Part shown: positions 1 to 4,950 of the stretch, one piece after another
How the letters are laid out: every line of letters begins with the position of its first letter
How positions within the stretch are numbered: the stretch's first letter is position 1
Assembly: GCA_028693335.1 (NCBI GenBank)
Contig: JAQUVR010000047.1
Location: 1-5,519 of the forward strand
Direction: 5' to 3'
DNA length: 5,519 nt
DNA from: Candidatus Iainarchaeum sp.
GTDB taxonomy: Archaea; Iainarchaeota; Iainarchaeia; Iainarchaeales; CSSED10-239
The notes under the pieces: generated by a model
What the model was told of the DNA's origin: nothing
What the model saw: the letters and a program-made list of their open reading frames with translations, nothing else
Database searches by the model: none
Translations under genes and position numbers: made by a program

Positions 1-200
1 AGCTGGAATCCCCAGTAATCGCGTGTCACTATCGCGCGGTGAATATGTCCCTGCGCCTTGCACACACCGCCCATCAAGCCAGTTGAGTAGAGTGTGGATG
101 AACTTTAATCTATTAAAGGTTAATGTAATTCTATATTTTGCGAGACGGACTAAGTTGTAACAAGGTGTCCGTAGGGGAACCTGCGGACGGATCACCTCCT
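1..200 (+). rRNA. rrs: 16S (SSU) rRNA, 3'-terminal ~200 nt, truncated at the window edge; archaeal type
   Basis: The universal 1390-1408 block is present as TTGCACACACCGCCCATCA (58-76). The GCACAC form is the archaeal one; bacteria have GTACAC. Also present: GCTGGAATCCCCAGTAATCGCGTGTCA...ATCGCGCGGTGAATA, AAGTTGTAACAAGG (152-165), the helix-45 GGGGAACCTGCGG, and the terminal GGATCACCTCCT (189-200) carrying the anti-SD. Confidence 0.95.
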
Positions 201-418
201 ATTTAATTTAAATACAGTGTGAAAAATAAAATGAGTTTTTCAAAAAACAATATAGTCTATAAAGCTATAAAAAATATATTTACTAACCACTCACAACAAG
301 TATAATTTTACTATTTTTATATATTGTTATAATTTTTCATTGTTCGTTATTTTTTGTAGATAATTTTTTTTATTAAATATATTTATATATATTTCCTTAC
401 AATAATTATTTATTAAAT

Positions 419-490
419 GGGCTCTTAGCTCAGTGGTAGGGCGCTTCCCTTGCAAGGAAGAGATCGCGAGTTCGAATCTCGCAGAGTCCA
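419..490 (+). tRNA. tRNA-Ala (anticodon TGC); CCA not encoded
   Basis: A 72-nt cloverleaf folds by hand. Acceptor GGGCTCT/AGAGTCC with the G3:U70 Ala identity pair and discriminator A. D-arm GCTC-AGTGGTA-GGGC. Anticodon arm CTTCC-CTTGCAA-GGAAG. T-arm GCGAG-TTCGAAT-CTCGC. It sits in the position of the canonical archaeal 16S-23S spacer tRNA. Confidence 0.95.
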
Positions 491-500
491 TTTTTTATTT
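491..500 (+). terminator. oligo-T tract (TTTTTTATTT) directly after tRNA-Ala; candidate archaeal terminator
   Basis: A T6 run abuts the tRNA discriminator base. Archaeal RNA polymerase terminates at oligo-T. T-runs are common in this AT-rich DNA, so specificity is low. Confidence 0.35.
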
Positions 501-565
501 ATCTATTTTCTTAAAAAATAAATATCTTTATATTAATTTATATCTTAATTAATATTAGAATAATT

Positions 566-573
566 TTTATAAA
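566..573 (+). promoter_or_regulatory. TATA-box-like TTTATAAA about 24 nt upstream of the ATG at 593; possible leaderless mRNA
   Basis: The octamer matches the archaeal TATA consensus. No SD-like purine motif lies between it and the ATG. The same octamer sits 27 nt upstream of the ATG at 3047. Chance matches are frequent in AT-rich sequence. Confidence 0.3.
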
Positions 574-592
574 ATTACAAAAAAGAATTTTT

Positions 593-1315
593 ATGTTAGA
601 TCTAAAAAAATCAATTAATTTTCCATATTTAAATTGGAAATATTTTTTACCAATATTATTATTTTCTTTTTTATCATTGATAAATGATATGTTTTTTTTA
701 GTAACTCTTTTATTAGTTATTTTTTTTGGTATTGGTTTATTTGGTACAAAGATTATTGATAAATTAAAATCTTATAATAAATCCTATAAATATATATTAA
801 AATTTACCGCTGTTGCTTTTTTAGTAACAATAATTTTTTTAATAATGCAGTTTATAGTAATATTTTTAGGATCTTTACCTATTCTATTTTTAAGTTTTGA
901 TTTCATATTAAGCAATTTAAGTGATTCTTTATTAGGATCATTATCTATTGGAGTAGTTTTTGGAATTATTTTTTTTGTAATATTTTTATTATTTGCAATT
1001 GTTTTAGAGTTTTTAAAAATCATGGGTCTTATAAACTATTTTAGATCAAATAAATTTGAAGACATTTTTACTATAAAAGAGAATTTAAAAAAAATATTTT
1101 CTAAAGATTTTTTTGTGGTTTTATTTTTCTTAATTGGATTTTCTTTAATGTATTTTATATTATTTATATTATTAGGATCTTTAATAGACAATTTAATTAT
1201 TAAATTATTTGGATTTTCTATATTTTATGTGTTCTTTATACTATATTTTTTTATAGTAATTGGGACTCTCTATTCAGCAATGAATGAATTAATAATTAAT
1301 AAAAAAAATAAATGA
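593..1315 (+). CDS. hypothetical polytopic membrane protein (240 aa, Phe/Ile/Leu-rich, roughly 6 or more hydrophobic spans)
   Basis: Long ORF with an ATG start. It has repeated 20-35-residue hydrophobic stretches, e.g. FLVTLLLVIFFGIGLFG, AVAFLVTIIFLIMQFIVIFLG, IGVVFGIIFFVIFLLFAIVL, FFVVLFFLIGFSLMYFILFILLG and FSIFYVFFILYFFIVIGTL. These are separated by Lys/Asn-rich loops. I recognise no catalytic motif. Confidence 0.7.
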   Translation: MLDLKKSINFPYLNWKYFLPILLFSFLSLINDMFFLVTLLLVIFFGIGLFGTKIIDKLKSYNKSYKYILKFTAVAFLVTIIFLIMQFIVIFLGSLPILFLSFDFILSNLSDSLLGSLSIGVVFGIIFFVIFLLFAIVLEFLKIMGLINYFRSNKFEDIFTIKENLKKIFSKDFFVVLFFLIGFSLMYFILFILLGSLIDNLIIKLFGFSIFYVFFILYFFIVIGTLYSAMNELIINKKNK

Positions 1316-1316
1316 T

Positions 1317-1907
1317 GTGAAAATATTTATGATAAAAAAAAATAAAAAACCAGAAAAAAAAGACATTAAATTAAAGATTGTAGATATTGTTATGTTTGTA
1401 ATTGTTGTAACATTAGTAATTACAACATTAGTAAATGTAGACAAATTTTTCTTTAAAAGACCAGATTTTGATCAAGTATACTACGAGACGCCTTATTTAA
1501 AATATTATCCAATGGATGAAAATTGTGATTATTTACAAGAGCCACAAGCGACAATAATTAGCGATTGTCAAAAAGATCGTGGAGATGTTATTTATAAAAA
1601 AGATTGTCAAGTAGATTGTGATTTTAGAAATAAAACAAACCAAGAAGTTTTAAAAAACTATAATAGAAAAATAAGTTGGTTTAGAATGATTTTGTCATTA
1701 GTTGTAAGTATTATTGTTTTATATTTGCCATTTAAGCAAAAAGATAAATTAATTTATTATGCAATTATTACTGGGTCATTAATTACTTTAGTTTTTACAA
1801 CAATTGTTTCTTATAACTATATAGATACAAATTTGTTTTCATTGATAACTATTGTAGAACTATTAGTAGTTTGGTTAATTTATAAAAAAATAACTAAAGA
1901 TCAATAG
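1317..1907 (+). CDS. hypothetical membrane protein: N-terminal anchor helix, ~90-aa loop with 4 Cys, and a C-terminal three-helix bundle
   Basis: The ORF starts at GTG 1317, one nt after the TGA of the upstream gene; an alternative ATG lies at 1329. TM1 is IVDIVMFVIVVTLVITTLV. The soluble segment has four Cys (ENCDY, SDCQKD, KKDCQVDCDF) and an N-K-T sequon. Three hydrophobic helices follow (ISWFRMILSLVVSIIVLYL, LIYYAIITGSLITLVFTTIV, LFSLITIVELLVVWLIY). Confidence 0.7.
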   Translation: MKIFMIKKNKKPEKKDIKLKIVDIVMFVIVVTLVITTLVNVDKFFFKRPDFDQVYYETPYLKYYPMDENCDYLQEPQATIISDCQKDRGDVIYKKDCQVDCDFRNKTNQEVLKNYNRKISWFRMILSLVVSIIVLYLPFKQKDKLIYYAIITGSLITLVFTTIVSYNYIDTNLFSLITIVELLVVWLIYKKITKDQ

Positions 1908-1908
1908 A

Positions 1909-1916
1909 TTTAAAAT
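1909..1916 (+). promoter_or_regulatory. TATA-like TTTAAAAT about 28 nt upstream of the predicted RNase P RNA 5' end
   Basis: The spacing to 1941 (first base of P1) fits archaeal TATA-to-TSS spacing. This rests on sequence and position only. Confidence 0.3.
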
Positions 1917-1940
1917 ATCTTTTTCTCTTTTATTATTTAT

Positions 1941-2226
1941 TAGTAGTTAGTGTTTTGGCAGATTTTTAATAAAGCAAACATCTTTTAAAATTTGTTTGTT
2001 TTTTAAAAATTAGGAAAGTCCACTCATCAGATGTAGTTTTTAATAGTTGTTGCAGAAAAAAAACATTTTATTTTACCTAAAGAGATGATGTGAAAAACAG
2101 AAAAAAAATGGCAAAATAAAAAAAGCTGAAAGAAGACTATAAAAACGGTTGCTGATGCAAGGAAATTTTTTCCGCTTAGATAAATTGCCAATTAATTACA
2201 GAAAGTGGCTTATAGCTAACTACTAT
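1941..2226 (+). ncRNA. rnpB: RNase P RNA, archaeal-like and compact (~285 nt; ends +/-5 nt)
   Basis: Conserved blocks are AGGAAAGTCCAC (2012-2023, CR-I) and ACAGAAAGTGGCTTAT (2198-2213, CR-V; compare E. coli ACAGAACCCGGCUUAU). TAGATAAAT (2177-2185) matches E. coli UAGAUGAAU.

Hand-checked helices:
- P1: 1941-1950 TAGTAGTTAG with 2216-2225 CTAACTACTA.
- P2: 1955-1960 TTGGCA with 2186-2191 TGCCAA.
- P3: 1962-1969 with 2003-2010, plus 1973-1980 with 1993-2000.
- P4: 2016-2023 with 2205-2211, leaving the hallmark bulged U at 2019.
- P5-like: 2025-2030 CATCAG with 2152-2157 CTGATG.

The region has no ORF and is visibly richer in G/C than its flanks. Confidence 0.85.
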
Positions 2227-2251
2227 TTTAATTTTAAAGAGAATTGTAAAA

Positions 2252-3007
2252 ATGGAAAAAGAATTCCTATCAAGAGAAGTAGAATGGCCAAACGCAAAAG
2301 AAACTTTTGTTGTTGATACTATTGAGGAATTATTAAGAAGATCAAAATTAAGTGCTAATTTAGAATTAGAATATTTACAAAAATGGATGTTTCCTGATGG
2401 ATATATTCACCGTGTAAAGGAAGATAAAGGAAGAGTTGTTTGTTTAAAATATGATAAACAACCAATAGGTCTTTTAGCATATAAAGTTTTTACAAATAAA
2501 GATGGTTCTATTGAAATAAGTATAGACTTTGTTCAAGGCGTAAAATCAAATGTATCTCCAGAAGTTTTAAAAAATTTAAAATGGAAGGAAAAGATAGTAG
2601 ATCTATTTCTTCAAGCAGCAATACCAGTATCACAAAGATCGAATGGAACAATCATTTATTCAGATGTTTCAAGGATTAAAAAAGCTTTTGAAGCTTTTAA
2701 AAAATTTGGATTTACTGGTAATAATTATGAAGCATTTTATGAATCAAATAGACCTGTTTTTCAAAACAGTTTAGGACAGCCAGTATCTAAAAGTAAAGTA
2801 ATTGCCGCATTAAAAGATAAGCAAGCAGAATATAATTTTATTAACTCTATTAGAGACAGATTTTTTGATAAAGAAGGTAAACTTAATCCAAATAAAGCAA
2901 GAGTAAAAGAAATTTTAAAAAGATTAGCTCCTTTTCTAAGACCAAAACGGGCAATAAATAGAAAACATTTTTCTAAAAAAATTGTTGTTCGAAAACTAAG
3001 AGTTTAA
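2252..3007 (+). CDS. hypothetical protein (251 aa); possible GNAT-like acyltransferase core with a strongly basic C-terminal tail
   Basis: Clean ORF with an ATG start. By eye the segment IGLLAYKVF...IEISIDFVQGV...IVDLFLQAAIPVSQRSNGTIIYSDV...IKKAFEAFKKFGF resembles the GNAT beta4-alpha3-beta5-alpha4 layout. It ends in the typical A..(F/Y).K.GF motif, but the Q/RxxGxG/A pyrophosphate loop is not clear. The C-terminal 30 aa are Lys/Arg-rich (LRPKRAINRKHFSKKIVVRKLRV). The coding call is solid; the fold call is weak. Confidence 0.7.
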   Translation: MEKEFLSREVEWPNAKETFVVDTIEELLRRSKLSANLELEYLQKWMFPDGYIHRVKEDKGRVVCLKYDKQPIGLLAYKVFTNKDGSIEISIDFVQGVKSNVSPEVLKNLKWKEKIVDLFLQAAIPVSQRSNGTIIYSDVSRIKKAFEAFKKFGFTGNNYEAFYESNRPVFQNSLGQPVSKSKVIAALKDKQAEYNFINSIRDRFFDKEGKLNPNKARVKEILKRLAPFLRPKRAINRKHFSKKIVVRKLRV

Positions 3008-3015
3008 TGTTAGAA

Positions 3016-3023
3016 TTTATAAA
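3016..3023 (+). promoter_or_regulatory. TATA-like TTTATAAA 27 nt (centre-to-ATG) upstream of the ATG at 3047; possible leaderless transcript
   Basis: Same octamer as at 566-573. There is no SD-like element before the ATG. It is part of the 12-mer TTATAAATTGTT (3017-3028), which recurs at 4890-4901. Confidence 0.3.
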
Positions 3024-3046
3024 TTGTTTCTTATTATATCTATATA

Positions 3047-3868
3047 ATGTTAAAAAAAATAAATCTTGGTGTAAAAAAACCAAGAATTGGATCAAAACAA
3101 AGAGTTGTTAAGAAAAGATCTGTTTCTCAAGGTAATTCTGTATTAATAACTGTAGATCCTAAAAATCCAAAAAACAAATATTATACAAAAGTTGAAAGAA
3201 CAAAGGATAATAAACTTTCAAAAATAACTCATGTTACTACATTAGCAAAAGAAGTTTTAAAAGAAAATCCTGAATTAATTACATTTTTAGAAGAAAAATT
3301 ATCAAAACCAACCCATGATTTAAAAGCAAGGCTTGAAACAAAAAATGGTTCTTTTAGATTAATGGAATTAACTAATTACCAATCAAATGCTTTAATTTAT
3401 GAATTAAGATATAAAAATAAAAATACTGGGGAAACAAAAAGATACTTTGTTAAAAAAAATGCAAGGCATTATTTGGAAAATCTAAACCCAGATTCTGAAT
3501 TTTTAGCAATAAAGGAAATGGAAAGATTGGGTCTTAATGTTATTAAACCGCAATTTTCTTTTACTGATTTAAATAATAGCAGTTCAAATATTATTATTTA
3601 TGACTTTACAAATTTGAATAATTATTATGATGCTGTTATTAAAAGAAAAATAGCTGGTTCAGAAATTTTACAAGCAGAAGAACTATTTAAAAGATTAGAA
3701 AAATCTAAATTTTTTAGTAAGTTTGATGATTTTACAAAATATGATAATGGAGTACAACCACACAATGTTTTTGTAAAAAGATTATTGAATGGCAAACTTA
3801 AATTTTATTTTTCAGATATTTGTTTAACAAAAGAAGCTTATGATAAAAGAAAAGAGAGATATACATGA
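3047..3868 (+). CDS. hypothetical protein (273 aa); possible atypical protein-kinase-like / APH-like fold, with no P-loop
   Basis: Clean ORF whose TGA overlaps the tdk ATG (ATGA, 3865-3868). The order of by-eye motifs resembles small atypical kinases: RYFVKK (beta3 Lys), EFLAIKEMERLGLNV (alphaC Glu), IIIYDF (hinge), YDNGVQPHNVFV (catalytic-loop-like ..QP.N..V, but Gly sits where the catalytic Asp is expected) and KFYFSDI (DFG-like Asp). The N-terminal 30 aa are very basic. The fold call is low-confidence inference. Confidence 0.7.
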   Translation: MLKKINLGVKKPRIGSKQRVVKKRSVSQGNSVLITVDPKNPKNKYYTKVERTKDNKLSKITHVTTLAKEVLKENPELITFLEEKLSKPTHDLKARLETKNGSFRLMELTNYQSNALIYELRYKNKNTGETKRYFVKKNARHYLENLNPDSEFLAIKEMERLGLNVIKPQFSFTDLNNSSSNIIIYDFTNLNNYYDAVIKRKIAGSEILQAEELFKRLEKSKFFSKFDDFTKYDNGVQPHNVFVKRLLNGKLKFYFSDICLTKEAYDKRKERYT

Positions 3869-4434
3869 TTGGAATATTAACTACAATAGTTGGACCGATG
3901 TTTTCTGGAAAGACAACAGAGTTATTAAGAATAATGGATAGAGAAGTTATTGCTAAGAGATACTCAATACTATTTAAACCAAAAATGGACAATAGATATT
4001 CAGAAGAAAGTGTAATTAATCACAACGGTTTTGGAAAAGAAGCAATTATTGCAGAAGATGCAAATCATATTTTTGAGATTTTTTCTAATTTAAATGAAAG
4101 TAATAAAGTTATTAATGTGTTTATTGATGAAATTCAATTTTTTGATTCTAATATTTTAAAAATTATAACAGATCTTAAACAGTTAGGAGTAAATGTATAT
4201 GTCTCTGGTTTGAATCAAACCTATAAGGGAGATCCTTTTCCATTTAAGGATAATGATAATCACATAGGATATTTAATGGCAATAAGTGATTATGTAATTT
4301 CAATTGATGCAGTTTGTAATGTTTGTGGTAACAAAGCAACAAAAACATATAGATTAGGATCTGACACTGAAACTGTTGTTGTTGGTGGTCAAGATAAATA
4401 TCAAGCAAGATGTGTTATTTGCTGGAATAAATAA
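3865..4434 (+). CDS. tdk: thymidine kinase, TK1 (type II) family, 189 aa
   Basis: N-terminal P-loop VGPMFSGKTTELL. Walker-B-like FIDEIQFF. GLNQTYKGDPFPF lasso region. C-terminal zinc-ribbon pair CNVCGNKA...ARCVICW. Length and motif order are characteristic of TK1-type kinases. Confidence 0.95.
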   Translation: MIGILTTIVGPMFSGKTTELLRIMDREVIAKRYSILFKPKMDNRYSEESVINHNGFGKEAIIAEDANHIFEIFSNLNESNKVINVFIDEIQFFDSNILKIITDLKQLGVNVYVSGLNQTYKGDPFPFKDNDNHIGYLMAISDYVISIDAVCNVCGNKATKTYRLGSDTETVVVGGQDKYQARCVICWNK

Positions 4435-4438
4435 CAGA

Positions 4439-4450
4439 TTTTTATTTTTT
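4439..4450 (+). terminator. oligo-T tract TTTTTATTTTTT, 5 nt after the tdk stop
   Basis: T5-A-T6 lies immediately downstream of TAA (4432-4434). This is consistent with the end of a transcription unit containing tdk. Confidence 0.4.
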
Positions 4451-4464
4451 GTTCTTCTATTAAA

Positions 4465-4470
4465 GGTGAT
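4465..4470 (+). promoter_or_regulatory. Shine-Dalgarno GGTGAT, 5 nt upstream of the TTG start at 4476
   Basis: Perfect complement to AUCACC in this window's own 16S 3' tail (191-196). It supports the non-ATG start, and the resulting N-terminus MAKNS parallels MAEES of the paralog. Confidence 0.6.
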
Positions 4471-4475
4471 TACAA

Positions 4476-4885
4476 TTGGCAAAAAATTCAATAGAATATA
4501 TTGCAAAAATTAACAAGTATATATGTATAAAAAAACTAGAAATTAATTCACAAAAAACCGAAGAAGACATAATTAATTTTTTTATTAGTATACAATCTTC
4601 AACAAATCAGAAAATAATGGAATATATTACAAAATGTTGTGATATTACAAAATTTGATAAAAAACAAATAAATATTTGAAATTGAGTGTTGATCAATTTT
4701 TTAAAGACATTTATTCTAGTAAATTTAATAAAGAAATTAATGGATTTATTCCAAAAAATAGTGATTCAAAATATTATGAGCAATTTTTTAGAGTTTATAT
4801 TATTGAAAAATATGCACAAAAAAACAAAATGATATTAAGCCCTCAACACATTTCAACCATTGATTGGGAAGATGAAAATAAATAA
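4476..4885 (+). pseudogene. frameshifted copy of the 4951-5379 paralog (unknown function), split into ORFs 4476-4679 and 4676-4885
   Basis: The two ORF pieces align end to end, without gaps, to the N- and C-terminal halves of the intact 142-aa neighbour. Matching blocks are STNQKIMEYITKCCDITKFDKK vs STSQKIKDYLKKMCDVAKFEEK, KLSVDQFFKDI vs FSLNVGQFVEEV, and FFRVYIIEKYAQK vs LFKVYLIEKYAVEK. The pieces are in different frames. Both frames are open only across 4661-4676, next to an A6 run (4659-4664). The span is 410 nt, so adding one nt gives a 136-aa protein. Confidence 0.65.
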
Positions 4886-4889
4886 ACAA

Positions 4890-4901
4890 TTATAAATTGT
4901 T
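4890..4901 (+). promoter_or_regulatory. TATA-like TTATAAATTGTT, a candidate promoter for the 4951 gene; embedded in the small hairpin AACAAT-TATAA-ATTGTT (4886-4902)
   Basis: Identical 12-mer to 3017-3028, and in both places CTTATTA follows a few nt later. It would give a leader of about 30 nt carrying the GGAG at 4939-4942. It could instead be a terminator-like hairpin for the upstream gene. Confidence 0.3.
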
Positions 4902-4938
4902 ACTACTTATTAATTTTAAATACTAGATAAATATTATT

Positions 4939-4942
4939 GGAG
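4939..4942 (+). promoter_or_regulatory. Shine-Dalgarno GGAG, 8 nt upstream of the ATG at 4951
   Basis: Complementary to the CUCC of the 16S 3' tail (197-200 region CCTCCT), with canonical spacing. Confidence 0.5.
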
Positions 4943-4950
4943 AGAAAAAT

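Noticed and set aside
201-418. Possible extra small RNA or processing (bulge-helix-bulge) element in the 16S-tRNA-Ala spacer
   Set aside because: Only trivial short AT palindromes are visible (e.g. TATAG...CTATA at about 261-279). The partner strand of any 16S processing stem would lie upstream of the window, so nothing can be supported.
784-1023. Minus-strand ORFs in the track (784-1023, 3798-3992 and 5097-5396)
   Set aside because: Each lies entirely antisense to a longer, better-supported + strand gene (membrane protein, kinase-like/tdk junction, intact paralog). Their translations are low-complexity Lys/Ile/Asn/Phe strings typical of shadow ORFs in AT-rich DNA, and they have no start context.
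1312-1323. Repeated 12-mer ATGATGTGAAAA (1312-1323 and 2085-2096), with a C-box-like GATGA hinting at a C/D box sRNA or repeat element
   Set aside because: One copy spans a stop/start junction and the other lies inside the RNase P RNA specificity domain. No matching D box (CTGA) or terminal stem is present at a suitable distance. A back-of-envelope estimate gives several chance 12-mer repeats in a window this AT-rich.
60-3868. Linking the A1405:U1496 decoding-site change to the neighbouring GNAT-like plus APH-like genes, as an aminoglycoside-type modification or resistance theme
   Set aside because: The idea is tempting because AAC/APH enzymes have GNAT and kinase folds. However, both fold assignments are weak by-eye guesses, and the kinase-like protein lacks the expected catalytic Asp spacing. 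The genes are 2 kb from the rRNA and are coupled to tdk instead. This cannot be supported from sequence alone.
4674-4685. TGA stop-codon reassignment or read-through to explain the split gene at 4677-4679
   Set aside because: The downstream half is in a different reading frame, so reading through TGA would not join the halves. In addition, TGA, TAA and TAG are all used as terminators of well-supported genes in this window, which is consistent with the standard code.
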